DNA of 64,000 nucleotides from Desulfobacterales bacterium (GTDB lineage Bacteria > Desulfobacterota > Desulfobacteria > Desulfobacterales > JAFDCJ01), in the NCBI GenBank assembly GCA_049669725.1, contig JBATKU010000672.1, forward strand, positions 9,286 to 73,285, in the 5' to 3' direction. Every line of letters begins with the position of its first letter. Within the stretch, counting starts at the first letter, position 1. Below the pieces are notes generated by a model. The model worked only from the letters and a program-made list of their open reading frames with translations, had not been told where the DNA came from and did not search any database. The position numbers were made by a program, and so were the translations under genes. Of this stretch, positions 8,381-18,138 are shown piece by piece.

Positions 8381-10804
8381 ATGAAAGTTAGCCTCAGTTG
8401 GCTTAAAGACTACATAGACATCCAGATGGATGCCGCCGATCTGGCGGATGCGCTGACCATGGCGGGACTGGAAGTGGAATCGGTTGCGAATCGCTACGCT
8501 TACCTGCAAACTGTCTTCGTCGGACGCGTCACTGAGGTGAACCCCCACCCCAACGCCGACAAGTTGACAATCTGCCGAGTCGAGACGGGAGATCACAGCC
8601 GAACGGTGGTGTGTGGTGCGCCCAATGTTTCCGAGGGCATGCTGGCGCCTTTGGCATTGCCCGGAACCGTTTTACCGGACGGCACCCGGCTGGAAAAAAG
8701 TGTGATTCGCGGAGAAAAATCCGATGGCATGCTGTGCAGCGAAATGGAACTGGGACTCGGCATCGACAGCAGCGGTATCATGGCGCTGAATCCATCGTTG
8801 AAGGTGGGCGACCAGATCGCTGAAGCCCTCGGTCTTGAGGATACGGTATTTGAATTTGATCTGACCCCCAACCGGCCCGACTGTCTTAGTGTAATCGGCA
8901 TTGCGCGTGAAATTGCGGCCATCCAGAACACACCGCTTAATTATCCCGATTACAGCATCGCTGATAAAAAGGATAAGATTTCCACCTTAACGTCGGTCAT
9001 CATCGAAGCGCCCGATCACTGTCCGCGGTATTCTGCCAGACTGGTGGAAAACATTAAGGTAAAGCCGTCCCCCTTCTGGATACAGGACCGCCTGCTGTCT
9101 GTCGGATTGCGACCAATTAATAATATCGTAGACATCACCAACTATGTGTTGATGGAAACCGGCCAACCCCTGCATGCCTTTGATTTTGACCAATTGGCAC
9201 AAAATCGAATTGTCGTGAAAACCGCTATTGCCGGCGATAAGTTTGTCACCCTGGATCAAAAAGAGCGCCAACTCAATTCTCAGATGCTGATGATATGTGA
9301 CGGAGAAAAGCAGGTCGGGGTGGGCGGCGTTATGGGCGGTTTGAACTCGGAGATTGAAAATAGCACCCGCCGGGTGCTGATCGAGGGGGCCTATTTTAAT
9401 CCGGTAAGTATTCGAAAAACCTCCAAAACCTTAGGGTTGAACACCGACGCCTCCCATCGTTTTGAACGCGGGGTGGACCCGGAGGGCACGGTCAGGGCTG
9501 TCAATCGTGCTGCTCAACTGATGGTGGAGTTCGGCGAGGGCACCCTCATCGCAGGGATCATCGACGAATACCCGCAACCTCAAAAATTAAACAAGGTCAG
9601 CTTAAGCACTGCGCGCACCCACAGGCTTCTGGGCATCCATCCAGACGGCAAAGAGATCGTAAAACTGCTCGAATCCATTGAATTCAAAGTCGAAAAAATG
9701 ACCTCCGAGTCCGGAGACCAACAGCTGTTGGTGGTACCGCCATCGTTTCGGGTGGATATTTCGCGACCGGAGGATTTGATGGAAGAAATTGCCCGCCTCG
9801 CGGGCTACAATGATATCCCGATTACTTTTCCGGCAATGCCGGCCGAGGCCCGCCCGCCGGCACACAAGCTGGTACTTAGAAACCACCTGAAAGATTTAAT
9901 GACCGGTTTCGGATTTACCGAGGCGATCACTTACAGTTTTGTCGGGGAAGCGTCATGCGATCACCTGCGGCTTAAAGCAGACGATCCCCGGCGCAACTTG
10001 ATTCATATTTTAAACCCCCTGTCGGAAGATCAGGCGGTCATGCGAACGTCCCTGGCCACCGGGTTGATTGAAACAGCTGTTTATAATATCGCCCAGCAGG
10101 TCAAAAATTTGAAATTATTTGAAATCGGCAAATTATTTATTAAAACGGATTCCCAGGATCTGCCCCGGGAGCCGGAATTTCTGGCGGCACTGTGGACCGG
10201 ATCACGCCATAACGCCTCGTGGCACGGCCGCGAAATCGCCTGTGATTTTTACGATATAAAAGGTGTCGCCGAAGGACTGATCGGTGCCTTGAAAATCGAG
10301 AACATCCGATTCGCAGCTATGTCTGACGGTGATTGCGACTATACCCGACCCGGTTACACAGCTAAGATTTTAGCCGGTGACACTCCGATAGGTCTGGTGG
10401 GTGAAATTCACCCCGAGGTGCGGGAGGTGCTTGATTTAAAGCAATCAGCCTATATTTTCGAACTCGATCTGGATATAATCAATGCGTTGATACCACAAAC
10501 CATAAAATTTAAACTGCTTCCCAAATTCCCGGCTATTTACAGGGACATTACCATCATTATCGATCGCCGAATTGAAACCCAAACGGTGCTGGAAGCCGTT
10601 GAAAATATCCATGAAGATCTGGTGCAAAATCTGCTCCTATTTGATGTCTTTGAAGGGGATCCCATTGCGGCCGGCAAAAAAAGCGTGTCGTTTCGGATCA
10701 CCTATCGTTCGTCAGATAAGACCCTGGAGGATGATGACGTCAATGATCTTCACAAATCGATTACGGATAGACTTTTGAGAGCATTTGATGCCACCTTACC
10801 ATAG
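8381..10804 (+). CDS. pheT: Phenylalanine--tRNA ligase beta subunit
   Basis: 807 aa starting MKVSLSWLKDY. tRNA-binding, B3/4, B5 and FDX-ACB regions are recognisable. Confidence 0.95.
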   Translation: MKVSLSWLKDYIDIQMDAADLADALTMAGLEVESVANRYAYLQTVFVGRVTEVNPHPNADKLTICRVETGDHSRTVVCGAPNVSEGMLAPLALPGTVLPDGTRLEKSVIRGEKSDGMLCSEMELGLGIDSSGIMALNPSLKVGDQIAEALGLEDTVFEFDLTPNRPDCLSVIGIAREIAAIQNTPLNYPDYSIADKKDKISTLTSVIIEAPDHCPRYSARLVENIKVKPSPFWIQDRLLSVGLRPINNIVDITNYVLMETGQPLHAFDFDQLAQNRIVVKTAIAGDKFVTLDQKERQLNSQMLMICDGEKQVGVGGVMGGLNSEIENSTRRVLIEGAYFNPVSIRKTSKTLGLNTDASHRFERGVDPEGTVRAVNRAAQLMVEFGEGTLIAGIIDEYPQPQKLNKVSLSTARTHRLLGIHPDGKEIVKLLESIEFKVEKMTSESGDQQLLVVPPSFRVDISRPEDLMEEIARLAGYNDIPITFPAMPAEARPPAHKLVLRNHLKDLMTGFGFTEAITYSFVGEASCDHLRLKADDPRRNLIHILNPLSEDQAVMRTSLATGLIETAVYNIAQQVKNLKLFEIGKLFIKTDSQDLPREPEFLAALWTGSRHNASWHGREIACDFYDIKGVAEGLIGALKIENIRFAAMSDGDCDYTRPGYTAKILAGDTPIGLVGEIHPEVREVLDLKQSAYIFELDLDIINALIPQTIKFKLLPKFPAIYRDITIIIDRRIETQTVLEAVENIHEDLVQNLLLFDVFEGDPIAAGKKSVSFRITYRSSDKTLEDDDVNDLHKSITDRLLRAFDATLP

Positions 10805-11002
10805 AGGTGGTCCCAAAACCCCGCCTAAAGGGTGGAACGGGCAAAGCCATGCACTTAAATGATAAAACAGCAAACAAAAATAGGTTGCATACATAATTAA
10901 TTTCTTTTAAATATGAACTTGGCGTTTTGCGAAGGCTCCCATTTGAATAAACGATTATCTTTATCGACTTAAACCTTACTCGATAGGTTCGGTGGGGTGA
11001 CA

Positions 11003-11350
11003 ATGCAAAATAAAATGCCTTATCAAATAAAAATTCCTGACAAGCTCTATTTTAAAATTGGAGAAGTCAGCAAAATTTCCGGGCTTCCGAGCCATGTTTT
11101 AAGATTTTGGGAATCTGAGTTTAAAAAAATAAAGCCGCGCCGGACGTCTTCGGGGCAACGCTCATATACCCAAAAAGATGTTGCGATGATCCTGAAAATC
11201 AAGCATTTGCTCCATGAAAAAAAATTTACCATCGAAGGTGCCCGAAAATACTTAAGTTCCAGAACCAGGTTAAAATCAGATGACAACGATTTTCTGGAAG
11301 ACTTAAAAACGGAATTGGCAAGTATACGGGATTTGCTCGACAGTAATTAG
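11003..11350 (+). CDS. MerR-family transcriptional regulator
   Basis: The helix-turn-helix region reads YFKIGEVSKISGLPSHVLRFWESEF. The start is ambiguous (GTG 10997, ATG 11003 or ATG 11015). Confidence 0.8.
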   Translation: MQNKMPYQIKIPDKLYFKIGEVSKISGLPSHVLRFWESEFKKIKPRRTSSGQRSYTQKDVAMILKIKHLLHEKKFTIEGARKYLSSRTRLKSDDNDFLEDLKTELASIRDLLDSN

Positions 11351-11365
11351 TTTTGATGAAAGTTA

Positions 11366-11394
11366 TTGACAATTAAGAGAATTTGTCTTAAATA
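11366..11394 (+). promoter_or_regulatory. Sigma-70-like promoter (TTGACA-17 nt-TAAATA)
   Basis: TTGACA at 11366-11371 and TAAATA at 11389-11394. The only + strand gene downstream is tRNA-Gly, about 215 nt away. Confidence 0.45.
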
Positions 11395-11474
11395 TTCTAT
11401 CTTGGGCGTCAAGCGAGCAAGACCTTTGAAACTGGTAAAAATGGTGGATCGCAAAGGTCACCAAGCGAGACTTT

Positions 11475-11600
11475 CGCAAAATGTTCATTTTCGTTAAAGT
11501 TCAAGGAAGGATCAAATTTTAACCGCAGACATACATTGAGTATTTCGAGGATTAAAATTTGAGCCTGACGCAGAAATTGGACGAAAAGGGACGTTTTGCA
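11475..11600. repeat. Long imperfect hairpin immediately upstream of tRNA-Gly
   Basis: TCAAATTTTAACC pairs with GGATTAAAATTTGA, and GCAAAATGTTCATTTTCGTT pairs with GACGAAAAGGGACGTTTTGC, giving nested pairing with mismatches. Confidence 0.5.
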
Positions 11601-11611
11601 TGGGTCGCCGA

Positions 11612-11687
11612 GCGGGCATAGCTCAGTTGGTAGAGTACAAGCTTCCCAAGCTTGGTGTCGCGAGTTCGAATCTCGTTGCCCGCTCCA
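11612..11687 (+). tRNA. tRNA-Gly (anticodon CCC)
   Basis: A 76-nt cloverleaf folded by hand. Acceptor GCGGGCA/TGCCCGC, anticodon stem CAAGC/GCTTG with loop TTCCCAA, T-arm GCGAG-TTCGAAT-CTCGT, discriminator U, encoded CCA. Confidence 0.9.
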
Positions 11688-11836
11688 ACTTAAGTTCGCC
11701 GTTTCCGTTGTGCTTGATGGCTTGGGGTGGCACCGTTTCCGAATTGATGGATGAACTAAACTTTTTCCTTATGGCTATTTGTATGAACAGATAAACTTTC
11801 GCGCTGTACATCAAGAGGTCAACCTGAAACATGAGG

Positions 11837-11865
11837 AAACGGGCTATAGCCCGTTTTTGTGTTTT
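11837..11865 (+). terminator. Rho-independent terminator after tRNA-Gly
   Basis: AAACGGGC-TATA-GCCCGTTT followed by TTTGTGTTTT. Confidence 0.7.
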
Positions 11866-11875
11866 AAGAGCAACG

Positions 11876-12394
11876 TTGGAAGCAAAGAAAAAATATAGCA
11901 ACAAAAGATCCCACCAACGGAACCGTGGCCATAAACCTGTCAGCGAGCAGAAGGTAGCCGAACTGGTCAGATCACTGGCCGAACCGCTGTGTGCATCCGA
12001 GGGCTTGGAACTGGTGCACGTGGAATATCAGCGGGAAGCAAACGGCCGGATTCTGCGGCTTTACATTGACAAGCCCGATGGGATCAATTTGAATGATTGT
12101 GCCGGTGTCAGCCGTCAAATGGGAGATATCCTGGATGTCAACCTGGAGGACATAGGACCTTATAGTCTTGAAGTTACCTCACCGGGTCCGGAACGGCCGC
12201 TGGCGAAACATGAGGATTATGAAAAATTTAAGGGCAGCCGGGTAAAGATAAAAACGAGTCGACCGTTTAACGGGCAAAAAAACTTTACCGGGATTCTTAG
12301 GGGAATATCCGGCGGGCAGGTAAACCTGCAGATCGGCGAAGAAGCCATCGTGATACCGTATCAGGATATTTCGAAAGCACGACTTGCAGAATAA
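11876..12394 (+). CDS. rimP: Ribosome maturation factor RimP
   Basis: ..LAEPLCASEGLELVHVEYQREANGRILRLYIDKPDGI.. is RimP-like. The listed ATG 11831 overlaps the terminator hairpin, and the next in-frame start is TTG 11876. The start is uncertain. Confidence 0.8.
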   Translation: MEAKKKYSNKRSHQRNRGHKPVSEQKVAELVRSLAEPLCASEGLELVHVEYQREANGRILRLYIDKPDGINLNDCAGVSRQMGDILDVNLEDIGPYSLEVTSPGPERPLAKHEDYEKFKGSRVKIKTSRPFNGQKNFTGILRGISGGQVNLQIGEEAIVIPYQDISKARLAE

Positions 12395-12407
12395 ATGGAG
12401 ATCTCTG

Positions 12408-13892
12408 ATGTTTATCTCAGACATAAAACGTGTTGTTGAACAGGTTAGCCGGGATAAAGGTATAGACCGCGAAGTCCTTATCCGGGCGATGGAAGAAGCT
12501 TTGCGATCTGCTGCCAGGAAAAAATTCGGCAACAAACTGGATATCGAAGTTCAATACAATGATCAAAGCGGTGAGATCGAGGTGTTTCAGTTTAAGGAAG
12601 TTGCGGAGGTCGTCACCGAACCGGCCTATGAGATAAGTCTTGAGGAAGGCCGCAAACTGGATCCCGAGTGTGAGGTCGGAGACAGCCTGGGCACCAAGAT
12701 GGATGCCACCACATTCGGCCGCATCGCCGCTCAATCGGCCAAACAGGTCATCATACAGAAAATGAAAGATGCCGAAAAAGATGCGGTCTATGCCAATTTC
12801 ATCGACCGCAAAGGGGAAATCATCAACGGTATCGTTCAGCGAATTGACCGGGGGGACATTATTGTTAACCTGGGGCAAACCGATGGAATCGTGCCGGTTC
12901 GTGATCAGGTTCCAAGGGAATCCTATCGCCGGGGCGACCGCATTCGAGTCTATATTCTTGACGTGCTACACGAATCACGCGGCCCGCAAATTGTTCTCTC
13001 CCGGACGCATCCGAACTTTCTAATCGATCTGTTCCGGACAGAAGTGCCGGAGATTAGCGAAGGCATCGTCAACATTATGGGAGCATCCCGCGAACCCGGT
13101 GTACGAGCCAAGATCGCTGTGGCCTCAAATAATTCCGACATTGATCCGGTCGGTGCCTGTGTGGGAATGAAGGGCAGCCGCGTGCAAAACGTGGTGCAAG
13201 AGCTTCGGGGTGAAAAAATCGACATCATTCCATGGCATGTGGATGCAGCAAAATTTGTCTGCAATGCGCTGGCACCGGCCGAAATATCCAGAGTGATTAT
13301 CGACGAAAGAAACAATTCGATGGAAGTGATTGTCCCGGATGAATTCCTATCAATTGCCATTGGCAAAAAGGGCCAGAACGTAAGACTGGCATCCAAACTT
13401 ACCGGCTGGCATCTGGATGTAAAAAGTGAAACCCGCTATAACGAGGCAATGCAAACCGGCTACGACTCGTTGGTGGCACTGCCCGGAGTTGGAATCAGTT
13501 TAGCCGACGCATTGTATGAGACTGGCTTTTATTCGGCCGAGGAAATCATCGAAGCCAACATCGAAGATTTGGTTCAAATTCGAGGAATCGGAGAAGAAAA
13601 AGCTGTCAAACTCTTGGAGGCAGCCAAGAAATCAGTCGTGGATGCTGCCAAAGAAAAGAAAGTTGCCAAAGATGGAATAGGTGATGAGGCTACCGAAACT
13701 GAAACCATCAGCGAGGAAGGTGCGCAACAGCCATCGGAACCATCCGATGAAGTTGGATCGGAACCATCCATTGAGGTTGAACCGGAATCAACCGATGAAG
13801 TTGAACCGGAACCATCCATTGAAGTTGAACCGGAATCAACCGATAAAGTTGACCCGAAATCATCCGATGAAATTGGATCGGAAGAAAAATAA
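12408..13892 (+). CDS. nusA: Transcription termination/antitermination factor NusA with an acidic repeat tail
   Basis: N-domain, S1, KH1 and KH2 (..GACVGMKGSRVQ.., ..AIGKKGQNVRLA..) and an HhH region are recognisable. GGAG sits 8 nt before ATG 12408. Confidence 0.93.
   Translation: MFISDIKRVVEQVSRDKGIDREVLIRAMEEALRSAARKKFGNKLDIEVQYNDQSGEIEVFQFKEVAEVVTEPAYEISLEEGRKLDPECEVGDSLGTKMDATTFGRIAAQSAKQVIIQKMKDAEKDAVYANFIDRKGEIINGIVQRIDRGDIIVNLGQTDGIVPVRDQVPRESYRRGDRIRVYILDVLHESRGPQIVLSRTHPNFLIDLFRTEVPEISEGIVNIMGASREPGVRAKIAVASNNSDIDPVGACVGMKGSRVQNVVQELRGEKIDIIPWHVDAAKFVCNALAPAEISRVIIDERNNSMEVIVPDEFLSIAIGKKGQNVRLASKLTGWHLDVKSETRYNEAMQTGYDSLVALPGVGISLADALYETGFYSAEEIIEANIEDLVQIRGIGEEKAVKLLEAAKKSVVDAAKEKKVAKDGIGDEATETETISEEGAQQPSEPSDEVGSEPSIEVEPESTDEVEPEPSIEVEPESTDKVDPKSSDEIGSEEK
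13741..13883 (+). repeat. In-frame direct repeats encoding the acidic C-terminal tail of NusA
   Basis: CCATCCATTGA(G/A)GTTGAACCGGAATCAACCGAT(G/A)AAGTT occurs at 13764-13802 and 13812-13850. CATCCGATGAA(G/A)TTGGATCGGAA occurs at 13741 and 13861. Confidence 0.85.
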
Positions 13893-13947
13893 GTTGTGAT
13901 GTGGTTTTCGATCTATCAGATCGTTAAATAGGCTTTAGGGGGATGTA

Positions 13948-16533
13948 ATGGCAAAAACTAGGGTTTACGAACTCGCCAGAGATCTTAATCTGACAAACAA
14001 AATACTGCTCAGCAAGCTGAGTGATCTGGATATCTCTGTCAAAAGTCATATGAGTGCTCTGGATGATGAAGCCGTTGCCAGAATAAAGACCGTAATTTTC
14101 GGCAAAAAAGAAGAAGCCGTCGAGGAAACACGCATAAAGCCGACCGTTATTCGCAGACGCCGGAAAAAAGTAACGCTTGAAGCCGCACCGGAACCTCCGG
14201 CAGAGCCGGATGATGTATCGGACGCTGAAAAACCTGCCGAAGATGCCCCCGAAGAAATAGTGCCTGAAAAAGAAGCTGGCGCAGTCGAAAAGACCCCGGA
14301 AATTATAGATGAGAAAGCCTCTAAAGAAGCGGCGCCGGTAGCCGAAGCTGCTGAACCGGCTGATCTGAAGGAAAAGAAGCCTAAAAAGGCTGTAAAAAAA
14401 GTTAAAAAGGAATCTGCGGCCAAAATCATCCAATTGCCGGTAAAGCCGGTTCAAAAGCCCTCAAAGAAGAAAGCTACCCCGGGCGACAGAGCCAAAATTG
14501 AGAAACTTCCATCCCGCAAACCTGCTGATATAGGACCCGCTGCCACACCTGAAGATCTGCTGTCGAAGGAAGGGAAGAAAAAGAAAGGGAAGAAAAACCT
14601 TGAAGAGGGCGACCGCCCAAAAAGATTTTTAAAAAAGAAAATCTCGTTTCGAAAAAAATCAGTAATAGAAGGTCAAGATCTGTATGATAGCGGTTACAAG
14701 GGCCGCAAACCCCGCAAAGGGGCCAAAGCCAGGGCCGCTGCCCCGGCCCAAAAAACTCAGATCACTACGGCCAAGGCTATCAAACGACGCATCAAGGTCG
14801 ATGATGCCATTATTATTTCTGATTTGGCCAAGCGCATGGGAATTAAAGCCAACGAAATGCTAAAAACTCTCATGGACATGGGCTTTATGACCACCGTTAA
14901 TCAAAGTATTGACTTTGAAACAGCGGCTCTCGTGGCGTCCGAATTTGATTATGAAGTCGAACGCGCTGCATTTGAAGAAGAAATTGTGTTAAAGCAGGAA
15001 GCCGATGATCCGGAAAAATTACAGGAACGGCCGCCGGTGGTTACCATCATGGGCCATGTTGACCACGGTAAAACCTCCCTTCTCGATGTTATCCGCAAAA
15101 CCAGAATAACTGAAAACGAAGCCGGTGGAATTACACAGCACATTGGCGCCTACCACGTTGCCACTGAGAGGGGCAAGATTGCTTTTCTTGATACTCCCGG
15201 TCATGAGGCGTTTACCGCCATGCGTGCCCGCGGCGCAAAAATCACCGATCTCGTAATTCTGGTTGTCGCGGCCGACGACGGTGTCATGCCCCAGACCCTG
15301 GAGGCCATCAACCATTCAAAAGCGGCCGAGGTTCCGATTATTGTTGCCATAAACAAAATTGACAAGGCCAACGCGGATCCTGATCGGGTGAAGCGAGAAT
15401 TGGCTGAAAACGGCTTGACCCCCGAAGATTGGGGGGGCGACACGATCTTTGTCCATGTTTCGGCAAAGGAGCAACAGGGTATCGATGAACTGCTTGAAAT
15501 GATCTCGTTGCAGGCGGAGGTTTTGGAACTGAGAGCCAATCCTGATAAATTGGCCTACGGCCATGTCGTCGAGGCCAAAATTGATTCCGGCAGGGGTCCG
15601 GTCGCAACCGTACTGGTGCAGGACGGCACCCTGCGAAATGGAGATCCGGTGGTCTGCGGAATTCACTTCGGAAAAATCCGTGCCATGCTGAACGACATAG
15701 GGGCCCCGGTGGAAAGCGCCGGTCCTTCGATTCCGGTTGAAGTCCTGGGCTTAGCAGGCGTACCAATGGCCGGAGATGAGTTTATTGTTCTGGCCGATGA
15801 GAAAAGCGCCAAGCAGGTCAGCGGGCACCGTATCCAAAAGCAACGCTCAAAGGAATTGGCCCAGACCAATCGACTCAGTCTGGAAAAACTTTATGAGCAG
15901 ATACAGCAGGGCGAAGTCAAAGACCTCAACCTTATTATTAAGGCAGACGTACACGGCTCGATCGAAGCCCTGGGCGAAGCGCTAACCAAGCTTTCCAATG
16001 AGGAAGTAAAAGTTAATGTGGTGCACTCTGCCACCGGAACCATCACTGAATCCGATATCTCCCTGGCGGCGGTGTCCAATGCCATCATCATTGGATTTAA
16101 CGTGCGACCGACACCTAAAGTCCAGGCTTTCGCCGGTGAAGAAAATGTTGATATGCGCTTTTACAATGTCATTTACGACATCATCAAGGATGTCAAAGGC
16201 GCCATGGTGGGACTGATGGAATCCACTTACAAAGAACATGTGATGGGTACCGCGGAAGTTCGCGAAGTTTTTCAGATACCCAAAGTGGGTGCCATCGCCG
16301 GCAGCTATGTCACCGATGGAAAGATCGAACGTGGACAAAATATTCGGGTGGTTCGAGACGGCGTTGTGGTATATGAAGGAAAAAATTCTTCTCTGCGCCG
16401 GTTTAAAGATGACGCCAAAGAAGTACAGACCGGTTATGAATGCGGCATCGGGGTGGAGAATTTTAACGATATTAAAGTCGGCGATGTTCTCGAGTGTTAT
16501 TATCTCGAGGAAATCCGGCCCCATATTGAATAG
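13948..16533 (+). CDS. infB: Translation initiation factor IF-2
   Basis: 861 aa with a Lys/Glu/Ala/Pro-rich N-terminus and a GTPase domain ([21 protein letters not shown]). Confidence 0.97.
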   Translation: MAKTRVYELARDLNLTNKILLSKLSDLDISVKSHMSALDDEAVARIKTVIFGKKEEAVEETRIKPTVIRRRRKKVTLEAAPEPPAEPDDVSDAEKPAEDAPEEIVPEKEAGAVEKTPEIIDEKASKEAAPVAEAAEPADLKEKKPKKAVKKVKKESAAKIIQLPVKPVQKPSKKKATPGDRAKIEKLPSRKPADIGPAATPEDLLSKEGKKKKGKKNLEEGDRPKRFLKKKISFRKKSVIEGQDLYDSGYKGRKPRKGAKARAAAPAQKTQITTAKAIKRRIKVDDAIIISDLAKRMGIKANEMLKTLMDMGFMTTVNQSIDFETAALVASEFDYEVERAAFEEEIVLKQEADDPEKLQERPPVVTIMGHVDHGKTSLLDVIRKTRITENEAGGITQHIGAYHVATERGKIAFLDTPGHEAFTAMRARGAKITDLVILVVAADDGVMPQTLEAINHSKAAEVPIIVAINKIDKANADPDRVKRELAENGLTPEDWGGDTIFVHVSAKEQQGIDELLEMISLQAEVLELRANPDKLAYGHVVEAKIDSGRGPVATVLVQDGTLRNGDPVVCGIHFGKIRAMLNDIGAPVESAGPSIPVEVLGLAGVPMAGDEFIVLADEKSAKQVSGHRIQKQRSKELAQTNRLSLEKLYEQIQQGEVKDLNLIIKADVHGSIEALGEALTKLSNEEVKVNVVHSATGTITESDISLAAVSNAIIIGFNVRPTPKVQAFAGEENVDMRFYNVIYDIIKDVKGAMVGLMESTYKEHVMGTAEVREVFQIPKVGAIAGSYVTDGKIERGQNIRVVRDGVVVYEGKNSSLRRFKDDAKEVQTGYECGIGVENFNDIKVGDVLECYYLEEIRPHIE

Positions 16534-16536
16534 ACC

Positions 16537-16824
16537 ATGGTTGTCGGAACAGGACTTATTACCCTGCGGCTGCATGATTGCCGTTCTTTGAAGGGCAAGC
16601 GCAAGGTTGTTAAATCGATGATCAGCCGATTGCGCAATGCGTTTAATTTGTCGGTGGCCGAGGTGGGATCAAACGATATTTATCAGAAAGCGGAAATTGG
16701 CTTTTCACTGGTCGGCAATGACAGCTCGCTGATTAACTCTAAGATCGATAAGATTTTCAATATGGCCGAAGATCTGGGCCTTGCTGAAATCATCGAAACG
16801 GAAATGGAAATTATTCATTTATGA
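16537..16824 (+). CDS. DUF503 (YlxP-like) protein
   Basis: 95 aa containing ..LRLHDCRSLKGKRKVVKS... The position between infB and rbfA is typical for this family. Confidence 0.75.
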   Translation: MVVGTGLITLRLHDCRSLKGKRKVVKSMISRLRNAFNLSVAEVGSNDIYQKAEIGFSLVGNDSSLINSKIDKIFNMAEDLGLAEIIETEMEIIHL

Positions 16825-17192
16825 CCTCTTTTTCCCGGGCGGACAGGGTCAGCGGTTTAATTCAGGAAACCCTGTCAGACTTATTAAAGAAGAGCATTCA
16901 CGATCCCCGCTTGGAAATGGCGACCATCACAAAGGTTAAAATGTCAGCCGATTTAAAGCTGGCGCGTATATATTTTGCGATTTACGGTGATGACAAAAAA
17001 TCGGAAGGTGCTGCCAAAGGGTTTGAGAGCGCACGCGGATTTATAAAACGAATTCTTGCACGCAAACTTGGTTTGCGCTATATGCCGGACTTAAAATTTT
17101 TTTATGATGACTCTCTGGACTACGGGTCTCATATCGATCAACTGCTTGAAAAGATAAAAACCGATAATGGACCAGATTATCAACCACATTAA
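16821..17192 (+). CDS. rbfA: Ribosome-binding factor A
   Basis: R..RVSGLIQETLSDLL... is RbfA-like, and the start overlaps the previous stop (ATGA). Confidence 0.9.
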   Translation: MTSFSRADRVSGLIQETLSDLLKKSIHDPRLEMATITKVKMSADLKLARIYFAIYGDDKKSEGAAKGFESARGFIKRILARKLGLRYMPDLKFFYDDSLDYGSHIDQLLEKIKTDNGPDYQPH

Positions 17193-18138
17193 AGAGGCGA
17201 ATCATATTTTGCTGGCTTCACATTCGGATCCCGATGGAGATGCCGTTGGTTCTCTTCTGGCCCTGGGAATAGCTATCGGCAGACGGGGCCAAAAAACGAC
17301 CATTTATAACGCCAGCCCGATTCCGGCTGTCTATCGTTTCTTGCCTTCCGTGGAGCGCATCGTCAGGCATATAAAAAAAGCTAGCACATACGACCTGGCG
17401 CTCATCATGGATTGCGGCGATCTGCCGCGCATTGGCCAAGCCAGCACTACCGTCAGTCAGATCCCAGTGGTTATCAACATCGATCACCATATTTCAAATA
17501 CCGGCTTCGGTGATGTTCAACTTATCGACCCGTTGGCCTGTTCTACGGCCGAAATAGTCTATCGGCTGATTAAAGCCCTGGATGTACCTTTAGATAAAGC
17601 AATTGCGACGTCTTTGTATACAGGTATTTTAACTGATACGGGATCATTTCGTTTTTCAAGCACCAACCAGGCGGCCTTTGCCATCAGCCAGGAAATGGCG
17701 GAACTGGGGGTCGAACCCCATGATGTCGCCCAGCATGTATATGGAACATACTCACTGGGTCGCATAAAGCTTTTAAACCTGGCCCTCGACTCAATTGAAA
17801 TATCGGAAAACGGTAAATTGTCGATTATGACCGTCACCGGCGCCATGTTTGCAGAAACCGGAACTCACCCGGAAGATGTTGACGGCATGATAAACTATGC
17901 CAGACGGATCGAAGATGTTAAAGTGGCCGCCCTGATTCAGGAACAGCAAAACGGTAACACCAATTCCAACAGTCATTGTCGTTACCATGTTAGCCTGCGA
18001 TCGGACGGAACCGTCGATGTGGCGGCCATCGCCTGCTCTTTCGGAGGTGGCGGCCATGCCAGCGCCGCAGGGTTTCAGATTGAGGCGACGCTGACCAAAT
18101 TAAAATCCGACATCATTACGTTGGCGCAGAATTTGTGA
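17167..18138 (+). CDS. nrnA: DHH-family phosphoesterase (NrnA-like oligoribonuclease/pAp phosphatase)
   Basis: HSDPDGDAVGS, NIDHH and GGGGHASAAG motifs. Confidence 0.85.
   Translation: MDQIINHIKEANHILLASHSDPDGDAVGSLLALGIAIGRRGQKTTIYNASPIPAVYRFLPSVERIVRHIKKASTYDLALIMDCGDLPRIGQASTTVSQIPVVINIDHHISNTGFGDVQLIDPLACSTAEIVYRLIKALDVPLDKAIATSLYTGILTDTGSFRFSSTNQAAFAISQEMAELGVEPHDVAQHVYGTYSLGRIKLLNLALDSIEISENGKLSIMTVTGAMFAETGTHPEDVDGMINYARRIEDVKVAALIQEQQNGNTNSNSHCRYHVSLRSDGTVDVAAIACSFGGGGHASAAGFQIEATLTKLKSDIITLAQNL

Noticed and set aside
11831-11875. ATG 11831 as the rimP start, as in the ORF track.
   Set aside because: These codons are the stem-loop and T-tract of the tRNA-Gly terminator. The encoded peptide (MRKRAIARFCVLR..) is not RimP-like.
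13681-13899. 72-aa ORF (..KLNRNHPLKLNRNQP..) at the end of nusA.
   Set aside because: It is an alternate frame of the nusA acidic repeat region, so its periodicity is inherited from the DNA repeats.
15982-16575. 197-aa minus-strand ORF inside infB. Similar antisense or alternate-frame ORFs lie inside pnp (21195-21719, 20761-21378), nusA (12417-12878, 12950-13396), pheT, the DUF294 gene (39173-40099, 39669-40415), the FAD oxidoreductase (61611-62309) and pepD (33492-34202).
   Set aside because: These are shadow ORFs fully embedded in strongly supported genes on the other strand or frame. They have low-complexity or biased composition, no ribosome-binding sites and no recognisable motifs.
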